Source of the DNA: a virus
Direction: 5' to 3' (one strand)
Virus record (IMG/VR): IMGVR_UViG_3300010286_000195
DNA length: 64,000 nt
The notes below the pieces were generated by a model. That model searched no databases, was not told the origin of the DNA, and saw only the letters and a list, made by a program, of their open reading frames with translations. The position numbers and the translations under genes were made by a program. Positions 39,746-50,329 of the stretch are shown piece by piece (the stretch's first letter is position 1; every line of letters begins with the position of its first letter).

Positions 39746-40864
39746 TTAGAGGAAATCGTCATCCTCAACAAATGCATCGTCAGTCTCTACATCCTCTGCA
39801 ATCTCATACAAATCTTCAGGACGCGAGAACTTGGGATCAGTGACGAAACCAAGCAGATTACCACTTGCTTCACCCTTCTTATTGAAGTAGGGTTTGAAAC
39901 AAACAATACCTACTGCCTGCTCATGGAGTCCCGTAACAACACTTGGAGAACATGTTAATGTAACATTACCCTCGAAATCCTCATCGAGTGGTGTAACCTC
40001 TACAAAGGCATACTCATCAAACAGACTAATCTTGGAGATAATGGCCTCAGCAAGCAGGAACTTCTTTTCCTTATACTCACCTCTTACATCCTTACTCTCG
40101 ATGTCATACACATCTTCAAAGGTAGCACAGTTATCTTCAAGCAAATCCTCTACGAGTGTAACAAACTCATCGTAATCAAAGTCATCGTCAAGTTCTACAA
40201 GTTTAGATATGTTAATTCCAGTAGAAATGTTTACAATGTCCTTGTTCTCATCCTTGCACGTTCCCTTAAACATGTAGATCTTGCCAAATTCAGGAACAAA
40301 ATTTGCAGGATCACGCACATAAACAACACCAGGTTTTACCTCACCGGAATTAGGCATTTCAAAGAATCCATATGCCCTGTTCTCCATCTGAACCTTCGGT
40401 ATCTTCTTCCCAATAAGGAACGCCTGGAATGCCGTAGTATTCTTCTTAGTGTAGAGTAGATTACCGTCTACATCAATCAGACCATCAGCGATAGCATTTT
40501 CCTTCCACTCATCACCAAACATCTTCTTGTAGATTTCAATCTCATTGTTTGCATCAGCGTTTGCCTTCTTTACCGAATCATACGGCTTGGTGTAACCAAA
40601 GAAGAAACCCTTGAACGGTAACATGTTAGAACGCAATGCAGCGTTATAAGAACCAACAATCGATTTGATGGTGACAATACTTGCCTTAGACTCCGTGATA
40701 CCGTCCCGCTTCATATATTCAGCAAAACGCTTCTTATACTCAGCCATGATAACATCAGGACGCTCACCGACCTTTTCTGCAATCTCATTGATCTTCGCCA
40801 CAATGCTCTCATCTACGTTAGTAGACTTATCTTTCTTACCTTTCAATGCCAATTTAAGCACCAA
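39746..40864 (-). CDS. putative OB-fold ssDNA-binding protein
   Basis: 372 aa with an acidic tail (DDAFVEDDDFL); lies between the helicase and the ATPase. Confidence 0.55.
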   Translation of the reverse strand: MVLKLALKGKKDKSTNVDESIVAKINEIAEKVGERPDVIMAEYKKRFAEYMKRDGITESKASIVTIKSIVGSYNAALRSNMLPFKGFFFGYTKPYDSVKKANADANNEIEIYKKMFGDEWKENAIADGLIDVDGNLLYTKKNTTAFQAFLIGKKIPKVQMENRAYGFFEMPNSGEVKPGVVYVRDPANFVPEFGKIYMFKGTCKDENKDIVNISTGINISKLVELDDDFDYDEFVTLVEDLLEDNCATFEDVYDIESKDVRGEYKEKKFLLAEAIISKISLFDEYAFVEVTPLDEDFEGNVTLTCSPSVVTGLHEQAVGIVCFKPYFNKKGEASGNLLGFVTDPKFSRPEDLYEIAEDVETDDAFVEDDDFL

Positions 40865-40902
40865 TATGTTATTGGTAAGTAGAAGTATAAAAAATGTTTG
40901 GT

Positions 40903-42405
40903 TTAAGATAGCATGTAAACAGTAGTACCTTCATCCTTATTTTTCAATACACGCATTTTTCCGCTTTCTATGAGCAATGCGAGTAGTTTTTCAGAAGAAC
41001 TCTCACCAGCCCCAAAACTCTTGAAGAACACTTTTTGCCATTCTTCCTTAGTGTAACGCATACCGATGTATTCCCTACGCAAGCGCATAACGAGCCTGTT
41101 TAACTTTTCATTGCGTCCTGTGTTGTTTGAAATAATATAGAACGCTACAGAACGCAAAGCAGGGAATAACAAACGTGCCGCATTGTGCGCGTCCTCTTTG
41201 TCAATATAATTACGATAGTTCATCAAGCCGAATAATGCAGCCACTTTGATGAAGTTGATTGATACACGTGACACCATTGATTCCCATGCCTCAATTTGCT
41301 CAGGATTAAACCCTGGAACAATGTTACGTAACTCGTTTATGTAATCGTTAATAATCTCATCAACACCCGCGCGCATATAGATTGTTTTAGTATCCTTATG
41401 CATGTTCTGTAAGTTCTCTACCTCTTCCTTCAGTTTCATACGTAACATATCTTGTAGTTTCCTCTTTTCTTCAAGCTTCTTCTCTGCCTCGGAAACATCA
41501 TCCACAAAAGAAGGAATAGCACTTACAATATACTCTGAAGTCTTTGTGCGCTTGATAGGATCTTCTGGTTGCACGTAGACAATCATACGTGGGAACAATC
41601 CTTTCTTGAAGAGATGAGTATAAGTATCCAAATGATAACTCGTAATCACCAAAGAACATGCAGGGTTTGAATGAATACGATTATCAGTTGAAGTAATCAT
41701 ATTACCCTTAGAACCAATGCGATTCATAGTTTTGTCAAGTATGGCCTGAATGTGAATCTTCCTATGATCAAGGACTGCTTCACCTTCATCAAAAACCACG
41801 TAATCATATGATGCTAATATTCCTGGTTCAACCGGGTCAACCCATCCTCTATCTTTCTTACTGAACGCATTGATACGCATGTTATTAGAAACAATCTTTT
41901 TGTTAATTTCTCCAATTAACTTGTTTATCTTAAATTCCCCTACAGAATAATAAGACTTACCCGCTATATCTGCAAAATCAGCAAGTATATCATTAAATTC
42001 ACTCTTTGCCATACCGGACGGCATAATCACACAAGCATGTAAACGTAAATCATCCTTTACACCGCGCTCAACGCGCACATGATTAAAGAGTTGAGATAAT
42101 GCTACAAAACCGTAAATGTCACAAACATCAGCATTGAGCACAACGCGCGTATTCCAATACTCACGCCACAGATCAAGAAAATTATATCCATCTCTATCAC
42201 TGGATAAATCTTTGACAAGAATATCACTCTTACGCTGTAAATACTTCATCTGATATATACGCTGTTCTCGCGTATACTCTTCAAACCCAAAGATTTCAAA
42301 ATATTCTTCGCCGTAAACATCAATGCACAATTCATTGATCCGCTGTAATAACTCTTCATCATTGAGGTATCCAACTTCATCCTCTAATGTCATTTCCTGA
42401 CTCAT
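40903..42405 (-). CDS. MCM-like AAA+ replicative helicase
   Basis: MPSGMAKS (MCM-type Walker A), EPGILA..YVVFDE, LFPRM Arg-finger-like motif, C-terminal wH-like segment. Confidence 0.7.
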   Translation of the reverse strand: MSQEMTLEDEVGYLNDEELLQRINELCIDVYGEEYFEIFGFEEYTREQRIYQMKYLQRKSDILVKDLSSDRDGYNFLDLWREYWNTRVVLNADVCDIYGFVALSQLFNHVRVERGVKDDLRLHACVIMPSGMAKSEFNDILADFADIAGKSYYSVGEFKINKLIGEINKKIVSNNMRINAFSKKDRGWVDPVEPGILASYDYVVFDEGEAVLDHRKIHIQAILDKTMNRIGSKGNMITSTDNRIHSNPACSLVITSYHLDTYTHLFKKGLFPRMIVYVQPEDPIKRTKTSEYIVSAIPSFVDDVSEAEKKLEEKRKLQDMLRMKLKEEVENLQNMHKDTKTIYMRAGVDEIINDYINELRNIVPGFNPEQIEAWESMVSRVSINFIKVAALFGLMNYRNYIDKEDAHNAARLLFPALRSVAFYIISNNTGRNEKLNRLVMRLRREYIGMRYTKEEWQKVFFKSFGAGESSSEKLLALLIESGKMRVLKNKDEGTTVYMLS

Positions 42406-42406
42406 A

Positions 42407-43300
42407 TTAATTTCCTCTTACGTAAGAATAATCTGCATACAATAAATCTTCAGGTAAATCCCATCGTTGCCGGAAGGTATTCATGTTCTGTAATTCCTGT
42501 GCGACAACAGTAGGAGTGATATTATCACTTGTATAGGCGCGCATGTTACCATCATACAGAGTAGTAAAGTTCCTATTTTCATATAACATGTCTGTATTCC
42601 TTACTGTGTTGCCCTGGAGGGCAATTAAACGTGATCTGCATCTGTAATGTAAAGGTGGACGGTAATATTGTGCCTCACTTGCAGAAAAGATAGAACCATT
42701 CAACATACGACATATATCTGATGTCCTATTGTCTATTACCGCTCGGAATTGAAAATAATTTGTTCCAGTTTCAATGTAGGACTGAATCACTGCGTAATTG
42801 TAAATATCATTCACAAGTGTCCTTGCAACAATTCCTGTGCGATGAGCAAAAGAATCATTGTAAATATTTAACAATCGCTGTTGAACCTGATGCATAGTCA
42901 TTTTGGCAATTTCATCTACCGAGTAAGTGGCATAGAATCTATTAGAAACATCGCGCATAATGTTCTTACCACTTGACCAAAATAACACAGCAATGAGATA
43001 TTCTATCAAAGCAATGTCACGATACTCTTCTTCTTTATCCTCTGCTGCATACACATGGTAATCACTCTGTTCTGCTTCCATAATACCAAGTGTAAGGACA
43101 TCATACACATGATTCGAAATTTTGATACGTGATACAGGGCGATTCAACTCAATAATCAATGCACGTTCAAGAGCATCATTAATATTATATTTATTAGGAA
43201 TGTTCGTAATAGAACGAATGAAAAAAGTATTCAGGATTCTACTCATACGAGTTTCCTGCTGAATAATTTTTCTTTCGTTATAGTAACTCACAATAATCAC
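42407..43300 (-). CDS. MuF/SPP1 gp7-like head morphogenesis protein
   Basis: AVIDNRTSDICRMLNG and PPLHYRCRS motifs. Confidence 0.85.
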   Translation of the reverse strand: MIIVSYYNERKIIQQETRMSRILNTFFIRSITNIPNKYNINDALERALIIELNRPVSRIKISNHVYDVLTLGIMEAEQSDYHVYAAEDKEEEYRDIALIEYLIAVLFWSSGKNIMRDVSNRFYATYSVDEIAKMTMHQVQQRLLNIYNDSFAHRTGIVARTLVNDIYNYAVIQSYIETGTNYFQFRAVIDNRTSDICRMLNGSIFSASEAQYYRPPLHYRCRSRLIALQGNTVRNTDMLYENRNFTTLYDGNMRAYTSDNITPTVVAQELQNMNTFRQRWDLPEDLLYADYSYVRGN

Positions 43301-44658
43301 TCTTCACTAGGATATTTCAATCCAGTATCAGTAGGTTTCCTACTCTTTCTACCACGTTTCAAAAGTTTAATAGTATTATCTCCATTGTCACGCTCATCTT
43401 TCTCAATCATTTCCTTTGGGAAACCTAACGATACACGCAGTTCAGGTTTGTTGATCACAGACATTGTGTAAGCATCAAGTAAGTCTCCTGGTTGCACAGC
43501 AGGTTTCGAGAGTTCTTCAAAGACTACTTTGATGTCATCGGGATTCTTGCCCATTGCAATTGCGCGCTGCTTGATAATCCCACCTTCATCATTCAGGATA
43601 CTCATGATCTTCTTCTGCAACCCTTCGAGCACCACTAACCTATCTGCCTCAGACACATATCCTGCTGCATACGTGGTTCCTTCTGCCCTACCCATTGTAA
43701 GAGGTGCCTGGAGCAATCCTACCTGAATATCAGTTTCAAGACTTTCCTTAAACCCTGTAACGTTAATGTTACTTCCACCAGAATCTAACTGCTTAATGTC
43801 AAATCCTGCACCAATAATATCCTGATTCTCTTTGATATACTGATGCTCTTCACTTAATTCCTGCAAGATTTCCTGTGCCTCTACTATTGAAATATCACCA
43901 GAGGCAAGCATATCACCAAGAATACGATAATCAATAAAGTAACGTCCAATTCCATACTTCTTAATGTAATTTGTGTAACCTTCAATGAGTTCAAGATATT
44001 TATAAATAAGATCCTCAATAGGAGTAATCAAAGAAGTGCCGTAGATGCCATACGTTTCTCTACCAAGAATATCTCTGAACGTATAATCATTTGCACAGAA
44101 TGCACCATACATTACCTGATCAGGACGATAAGAACCTGCTTCTAATTCATTCATATTGCCCATTTCATTGACATAAATACGATTAATTGGTGGGGTTAGA
44201 ATAAAAGAAACATCTGTACTACCCTTTGTTACACCACGCGGAACAATAGTAGTCTGACTCATCAAAAGAGGTTCAAAACTCATCTTTTCAGGGTTTCTTA
44301 CGTTAGTATAAAGTCCTACATATGTTCCATCCCTACACAACAATCGTGCAAGAGTCTGTGTTTTTTCCTCAAAATTGGTTCTTTCTGACCACTTCTCAAA
44401 ATTCTTTACAAGCGATGATTTTCCCTCAAATCTGATACCTTTTACAAGCGTAAGAGCAAGTTTCTGAAGCGGAATGAACACATGAGGACTTGTAAGCGAG
44501 AGTTGCCGATACAGATTGAATTTATTGGTTGTATCGAAATTTTTGAAAGCACCCGCTTTGTATACTGTATCCTTACGCTCTATTCCAGTGGAGGCAAAAA
44601 CCTTTACAATTTTAGATTTCTTCTGTTCTAAGTCTATTGCTGCATTAACTTTATCCAT
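43297..44658 (-). CDS. portal protein
   Basis: About 450 aa; lies between terminase large subunit and MuF. Confidence 0.75.
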   Translation of the reverse strand: MDKVNAAIDLEQKKSKIVKVFASTGIERKDTVYKAGAFKNFDTTNKFNLYRQLSLTSPHVFIPLQKLALTLVKGIRFEGKSSLVKNFEKWSERTNFEEKTQTLARLLCRDGTYVGLYTNVRNPEKMSFEPLLMSQTTIVPRGVTKGSTDVSFILTPPINRIYVNEMGNMNELEAGSYRPDQVMYGAFCANDYTFRDILGRETYGIYGTSLITPIEDLIYKYLELIEGYTNYIKKYGIGRYFIDYRILGDMLASGDISIVEAQEILQELSEEHQYIKENQDIIGAGFDIKQLDSGGSNINVTGFKESLETDIQVGLLQAPLTMGRAEGTTYAAGYVSEADRLVVLEGLQKKIMSILNDEGGIIKQRAIAMGKNPDDIKVVFEELSKPAVQPGDLLDAYTMSVINKPELRVSLGFPKEMIEKDERDNGDNTIKLLKRGRKSRKPTDTGLKYPSEE

Positions 44659-44659
44659 A

Positions 44660-46135
44660 TTAGTGACTCCTATTAACTCCAATCATAAATTTACGTTTCT
44701 TCCGAGTTCCTTTATCAACCAACGCAGAACCCTTATTAATCGTCATTCTTACGAGTCCTTCGAGTGCATCAGGAGCATCATCATGTTTGTGAACCGGATA
44801 TCGCACTAATTGATTAATCAGTTCAGGATACGCTTCAATCCAATCATCCCGGAACAAAACTTTACCCGAAGTAATAAACGGTTCAACAGATTCAATACGA
44901 ATTCGTTTCTTCTTCTGATTCTTAATTTCTTTAATTTTCATGCGCTTACGCATATCTTTGATTTTATCATTGCGTTCTTTAAGATATTGAGAAATAAGAC
45001 TCTGGAAACCGTTTGTTTCGATTCCAAGTTCTTCACAATTATAAAAGTTGTAATAATACACCATCTTTTCAATAGAAACATTTGGCGGTGATGTATTACT
45101 TAACCAACAATCACGCACGTAAAGAACATGGTCTTTGATTGCACCTACTATAATAACGCAAAAATCATTCTCATTACCAAGTGCAGGATCAACATAGATA
45201 ACATGCTTACAATCTTTGAAAAAAGGATTTTGTGCACGTTCTTGTGGACGTTTCAATTCAGTATAAAAGTGCATATTTTCTATGTTAAACAACTGTGTTT
45301 CTGATGGTAATGGTTGATTTAAATACTGACTTGAAAACTCTACTGCACCCTTCTCAATACGTAACGCCTGGATTTTATTTTCATCATAAATTGTAGGATA
45401 CTTTGGTTTACCATGTTCATCTATGATGGAATCAATCTCAATGTCATAACGCATAAAATCAGGCAATTTTGGATTTTGCTCAATAATTTCGCCATATAAC
45501 TCATCGTCATGCCAACGAGTTCCTATGATCATCAGTAGTCCATCAGGTTCAAGAATTGAGATTAAATCCTTATACCAACGCTTCTTCTGCTCACGAATAG
45601 CAGCAGATTCACGGTCTGCGTCATTTACAATGTCATCGCAGATAATAATATCATAGTGCTCTGATGTCATCGCTGAAAGAGCACCACGCGCCTTAAGATT
45701 TGGTTCCTTCTTTACAACGCGCGGATGTAAGACTACTTCCTGCTGATTCAATTTAATAATAGGATTATCATTACCAAAATCAGCAAAGAACTGTTTTATA
45801 TTTTCATTCTCTGTAAGATGCTGTGTAATCTCGTAAAGAATCTGCTCTGCTAAGTCATTGGTAGCAGATGTAATCAAAATACGTAAGGTAAACTTTCCAT
45901 CATGCTTCACGTAATCATCAAGCAGACGATCAATAACAAAAGAAACATCATAAATAGTAGTTTTATAAGTTCCACGCGGTTTCAGGCGCATGATACGTTT
46001 GTGAGTCTTGATTGCTTTTTCTAGGTCATCGCACCACTCTTTATGAACATCCTTAGTTATTTTCTCGTAACCAAGCATGTATTTTGCAATGTTATAAAGA
46101 GTGAGACGTTTACCATGATAAATGATATTAGACAT
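44660..46135 (-). CDS. terL: terminase large subunit
   Basis: PRGTYKTT, IICDD, IGTRWH..D, YVDPA and HDDAPDAL motifs. Confidence 0.93.
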   Translation of the reverse strand: MSNIIYHGKRLTLYNIAKYMLGYEKITKDVHKEWCDDLEKAIKTHKRIMRLKPRGTYKTTIYDVSFVIDRLLDDYVKHDGKFTLRILITSATNDLAEQILYEITQHLTENENIKQFFADFGNDNPIIKLNQQEVVLHPRVVKKEPNLKARGALSAMTSEHYDIIICDDIVNDADRESAAIREQKKRWYKDLISILEPDGLLMIIGTRWHDDELYGEIIEQNPKLPDFMRYDIEIDSIIDEHGKPKYPTIYDENKIQALRIEKGAVEFSSQYLNQPLPSETQLFNIENMHFYTELKRPQERAQNPFFKDCKHVIYVDPALGNENDFCVIIVGAIKDHVLYVRDCWLSNTSPPNVSIEKMVYYYNFYNCEELGIETNGFQSLISQYLKERNDKIKDMRKRMKIKEIKNQKKKRIRIESVEPFITSGKVLFRDDWIEAYPELINQLVRYPVHKHDDAPDALEGLVRMTINKGSALVDKGTRKKRKFMIGVNRSH

Positions 46136-46137
46136 TA

Positions 46138-46623
46138 TTACTCTTCTTCAATATACTGCACCCAGGCAGGCACAATATGTTCAACCTTATCAACAATTTC
46201 ACCATCAAGACGCGCTTTCAGCAAAAGAAGTTCACGCTTTTCACGTAAGAGTTTTGCATGAGTAGGTGTGTTTTCCTTACCCTCTGCAATCATCCTACGT
46301 TCAAGTAGATTGATCTTGGCAAGTTCCTCAGTAATAACATCAACATTCTCAGAATCCTTAATCTTCTGAATCTCACTATCTAAATCAGTTTCAGTAGATT
46401 CATCATATTCAAAAAAGATATGTTCACGATGTAATTTGAGATCCGCAACATCAACAAATATACCATCTGCTTCAAGTTTACTCTTCAGTTCATTGATAGG
46501 AATACTTGCCGTAAAAAGAATCGGGTCAACTACTGCACTTAAATCTGGATTCTGACAAAACACACAACCCTTTACATTTTTATTGGAAACAATCTTGTCT
46601 CCAACTTTTACACCCTGTTTCAT
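46138..46623 (-). CDS. putative terminase small subunit
   Basis: Directly upstream of terL; CVFC...HREH motif; GAGGTG RBS before ATG 46623. Confidence 0.55.
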   Translation of the reverse strand: MKQGVKVGDKIVSNKNVKGCVFCQNPDLSAVVDPILFTASIPINELKSKLEADGIFVDVADLKLHREHIFFEYDESTETDLDSEIQKIKDSENVDVITEELAKINLLERRMIAEGKENTPTHAKLLREKRELLLLKARLDGEIVDKVEHIVPAWVQYIEEE

Positions 46624-46763
46624 GTAAGGCACCTCGAAAAATAGTTAATAAAGATAGATAGTATAATATCTAAAAATACTACTATTTAAATGTTTCGTAA
46701 AAAAGTGAAAAAAAGTTTAAAAAAGTGTAAGAATAATGAGAAAAAATTAAAAAAAATATTAAA

Positions 46764-46970
46764 TTAATGATAAATTAAACAAACATCTTCACCAAAATTA
46801 TCAGGATCACATACTTCTAAACAATCAGCAGACCAAAACCATGTATCACTAACTCCAAAATAAACAGGTAGGTTAGGGTTAAGCTCTTTTAACTTTTCGA
46901 TTAATTCACCTACATTCATCTGATCACATCTCTGTTTCATACCCACACGCATGACACTTGTAACCAACAA
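46764..46970 (-). CDS. hypothetical protein
   Basis: MNVGELIEKLKELNP motif, common in small phage proteins; true start is probably an internal ATG. Confidence 0.5.
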   Translation of the reverse strand: MLVTSVMRVGMKQRCDQMNVGELIEKLKELNPNLPVYFGVSDTWFWSADCLEVCDPDNFGEDVCLIYH

Positions 46971-47235
46971 TCACTGTTTCAGTAGCAGTAGTTGAACCCC
47001 AGGGATGTGACTCATGGAATAACTTGTAATCCTCATACTGAAGTTTTGCGCCACAATCACTACAGTAGTCTATGTAGATACTGGTAGTGTCAACATCACC
47101 ATTTTCTTTAAGATAATGCTTACCACATTTCAGTTGTTTACTGCCTGCTACTATTGGAACACCATACTCTTCTATTTCCTTACGTAGTTCTGCTATAGAC
47201 TTTCCACAGCACTCACAAAATAATGGTTCATACAT
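46924..47235 (-). CDS. zinc-finger protein
   Basis: Multiple CxxC motifs. Confidence 0.6.
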   Translation of the reverse strand: MYEPLFCECCGKSIAELRKEIEEYGVPIVAGSKQLKCGKHYLKENGDVDTTSIYIDYCSDCGAKLQYEDYKLFHESHPWGSTTATETVIVGYKCHACGYETEM

Positions 47236-47405
47236 TACTCATCCCTCACACAATACGTATGTAATGTCTCTTCCTGCCAAATCTTCTTCAAGTAGCAACT
47301 AATACAGATCCTATCCTTCTCGCCTGCACATGAAAGAGGAATGTTTGCATCCTCTTCTGTGGTTTCATATGTATTACCACATACCTTACAAGTTGTTATA
47401 GCCAT
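47235..47405 (-). CDS. 56-aa zinc-finger protein (not in ORF track)
   Basis: Hand translation MAITTCKVCGNTY...CISCYL; stop overlaps the next ATG. Confidence 0.6.
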   Translation of the reverse strand: MAITTCKVCGNTYETTEEDANIPLSCAGEKDRICISCYLKKIWQEETLHTYCVRDE

Positions 47406-47619
47406 TGAGAATAGTGTAAGAGATTATAGTATATAATTATTTTGAAAATGAATTGTTATGTAAGTAACGTGTAAGGACATTTTTCATAATATATTATAAT
47501 ATTATTATTACTTTTGTCTTACCTGAAGATCCATATCAAAAAGAATCATGTAATGAATATGTATACTACTTTCATACCCTATTCTTACAGGTGTAAGATG
47601 GTCATTACATGATAAGCAA

Positions 47620-47935
47620 TTTCATAAGTACTGTACAAGTACTATGTACAATAGATTTGCAAATCTATTATCAGTAAGAATCATCATTACACTTGTCTTA
47701 CAAGAATCTCATTACAAGTAGGATTTCATAATTACTGTACAAGTACTGTACAAGTACTGTACAAATCTTTTTGCAAACTGATTTGCAAATAAGTATAGGG
47801 TAAGAATCATATAATGATGGGTATTACGCTAATCTTACATGAAATGTAATTTCATAAGTACTGTACAAGTACTATGTACAAGTACTATGTACAAGTACTA
47901 TGTACATTACTATATGTACAATATATATGTACATA
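47620..47935. repeat. three clusters of AAGTACT(AT)GTAC iteron-like repeats
   Basis: 11/13-bp units at 47626-47649, 47730-47762 and 47856-47905, each preceded by TTTCATA. Confidence 0.85.
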
Positions 47936-48249
47936 ATATGATTATAGGGTAATCAACATAGTATATGATCACGGTAATCATCATTACACTTGTCATTACC
48001 TTTGTCTTACAAGAAGTGTAATAGCACAAAAAATAGGCATCGCGTATGCAATTAAAAAGGGGTAAGAATATAGTCAATATTCGCAGATTTTGAAAAAAAT
48101 CGATACCGTTGGCTATAATATATATAATATTCCTTTGCTATTTTATTTATTAGTAACTAATAGTATATAAAAGTTTCTATTCTATCCTAAGAGTAACTTG
48201 CACTTAGAAAGGAGATGTAAATGCACGAAAAAATAACATGTGACATGCA

Positions 48250-48390
48250 CACTACAATCAAATTTTTACCCCACTTCTTTATAAAGAAACATGCTAAATT
48301 CAGACCTATCTTTTCACGGACGATGTTTTATACCTTTGAGAAAGTGTAGGTGAAAATAATGCAGTTTTACTCAAAGAATTGAAGAGATTC
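48250..48390 (+). repeat. dispersed three-block repeat, copy C
   Basis: Same blocks and spacing as copy A. Confidence 0.75.
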
Positions 48391-48398
48391 AAAAAGTG

Positions 48399-48608
48399 TT
48401 ATAAGTAGAGATGTTTATTCTGGTTTTTGTAGACGTTCACAATTTTGTGTCCTTTGTCACTTTGCGAGTCTACATTTACCAAATGAAGTAAATCTTCGTA
48501 ACAAATGTAACATTTCTTACCTGCAACATTAATCTCAACAAAATCTTCACCGTTGATATACTTCTTTGTTGCTTCACCTACTTTTCTAAAGTCAGCCATT
48601 GTAAACAA
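48399..48608 (-). CDS. hypothetical protein
   Basis: ORF with GAGG RBS. Confidence 0.55.
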   Translation of the reverse strand: MFTMADFRKVGEATKKYINGEDFVEINVAGKKCYICYEDLLHLVNVDSQSDKGHKIVNVYKNQNKHLYL

Positions 48609-48646
48609 CCTCTGAATAAGAGGTTAGGTAAAAGAGTATAAAAGAG

Positions 48647-48877
48647 TTATTGATTTACTGTTTCGACAATACGCGCTTTCTTGTTACGTAAATCGATGTA
48701 TTTCTGATGGTCAAAGTTCTTTTGGTCGCTCATACGCTTGTTTCCAAAGGCGAGCATGATGTAGATCAGGATGTCGTCACCCTCAAGATTTTTGGGAATG
48801 GAGTAGGTAGCGCGCACTCCATTCGAGTATTCTATAGTTACATCCTTTGTCTTACGCACATCTAATTTTGAGGACAT
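48647..48877 (-). CDS. hypothetical protein
   Basis: ORF abutting the upstream gene. Confidence 0.55.
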   Translation of the reverse strand: MSSKLDVRKTKDVTIEYSNGVRATYSIPKNLEGDDILIYIMLAFGNKRMSDQKNFDHQKYIDLRNKKARIVETVNQ

Positions 48878-49483
48878 TCACTTCACCCTCACGCGAGTAA
48901 TCAGGGTTTCCTTTACACCCTCATATATCTCATGTCCCTTGACTTTACCACGCAGGTTGTAACGCTTTCCAGGTTCAAGTTTCTGCTGTGTTGCATACCA
49001 TTTGAAGATGTTGCCCTGTTCGTCAGTCATTATGTAGAGGTAGGTTTCTCCATACTGACTTCGAATCACTTCCATGCTTTTGACATCAGCGGTTAGCGAC
49101 AACATGTTTCCTACTTGACCCTGCCATTCGGAAGGTTTTATTTCCTTAATCTCAAGTGCGCTTGTGTTCTGCACTTCGATTTCTTTTTTGGGTTCTGCTG
49201 CAACTTCAACGGATTTATCACGTATGTTGCAGATGGTGTTGAATGCGCTTGGGTCCAGTAATCGAATGACATCAGGCTCAATCGCCTTGATAATCGCTTC
49301 GATTTCAACCATGCGCACAGGTTCATTACCCACTTCATTATTCATTGGCAGTTCAAATTCTCTTACAATACGCATTTCACTTGCTTCTGCTGCAAAGATC
49401 GATGCAAGTTCATTCAATCTCTGAAAGCCTTGTTCAAAGACTTTCAATTTACTCTTCGGAATTAGGTATGTTTTGGTTGGCAT
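48878..49483 (-). CDS. protein with C-terminal OB-fold-like domain
   Basis: YGETYLY..D..GNIFKWY...GKVKGH..YEG..ETLITRV motif is seen in phage OB-fold proteins. Confidence 0.6.
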   Translation of the reverse strand: MPTKTYLIPKSKLKVFEQGFQRLNELASIFAAEASEMRIVREFELPMNNEVGNEPVRMVEIEAIIKAIEPDVIRLLDPSAFNTICNIRDKSVEVAAEPKKEIEVQNTSALEIKEIKPSEWQGQVGNMLSLTADVKSMEVIRSQYGETYLYIMTDEQGNIFKWYATQQKLEPGKRYNLRGKVKGHEIYEGVKETLITRVRVK

Positions 49484-49563
49484 GAGCGTGTATATACCAC
49501 GAAAGTATAAATAGTTTTTGCAGTTCAAAAAAATTTTATACCTTACAAACAAAACATGTAAGT

Positions 49564-50214
49564 ATGACAATTTTAAGCATGAAGCATCGTAAAGTTATTG
49601 AAGATGAACCTACACTTGACCAGGAAACGGTTGATGCACTCAAAGCATGGGTTAACGAGCGTAAAGGTCCTGAAATGGTAAGGATGTTGGATGATCTAGG
49701 TTGGTTTGAGTTTGTGCGCCCATCGCCCTACATACTCTTTGGAATCTATCATAGGGAACTTAATCCAAGCACAATTGCATTAATGCTCAGGCATATCTTC
49801 TTGTATAATCCAAAAGTTTTATTTTACATAGCGCGGCGAGACATTACCTTCAAGCGTAAGGCAATCGCAAAGACTGACTTTATAAATGTCATTATGGAAG
49901 AGTGTCGCGTGTGGAAATACATTTCAGGGGAATTAATTGATATTTTGATTGGTAGTGAGTTTGATATTATTATTGCAGATAGGGGCATTCAACTACTCCG
50001 TCCACGCTGGATGAGTAAGGAAGAGAAAGTAGAATTTAATGCTCGCCTTGTGCAGTTACGAAAAGAACTTTACGGAAACGCTTACGCAAGCACCAGGGAC
50101 GATGAAGATTTTGCCGATGACTCGATTAAGAATAGAGAAGTGCATGAAGTGTTTGCACTCTTTGAAGATGAGATTGAAGAGTTAAAGAAAAATCCGAAAA
50201 AAATTTTGGAATAA
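49564..50214 (+). CDS. hypothetical protein
   Basis: 216 aa; AAGTATAAATA upstream and oligo-T terminator downstream. Confidence 0.7.
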   Translation: MTILSMKHRKVIEDEPTLDQETVDALKAWVNERKGPEMVRMLDDLGWFEFVRPSPYILFGIYHRELNPSTIALMLRHIFLYNPKVLFYIARRDITFKRKAIAKTDFINVIMEECRVWKYISGELIDILIGSEFDIIIADRGIQLLRPRWMSKEEKVEFNARLVQLRKELYGNAYASTRDDEDFADDSIKNREVHEVFALFEDEIEELKKNPKKILE

Positions 50215-50329
50215 TACTCTTACCTTTTTAAAAAAAATTTTAAAAAAACTTTAAAAAAACTTTGACTTTCTAGTAAGGGAAAAAAAGAAAAGGAAAGGTG
50301 TTTTTATGTGTATTTTTAACTGTATTGTT

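Noticed and set aside
420-45091. Numerous antisense/overlapping ORFs in the track (e.g. 420..869, 7287..7688, 28867..29268, 31059..31589)
   Set aside because: Shadows of well-supported genes on the opposite strand or frame.
47620-47935. CRISPR array
   Set aside because: Units are 11-13 bp, directly abutting, with no unique spacers.
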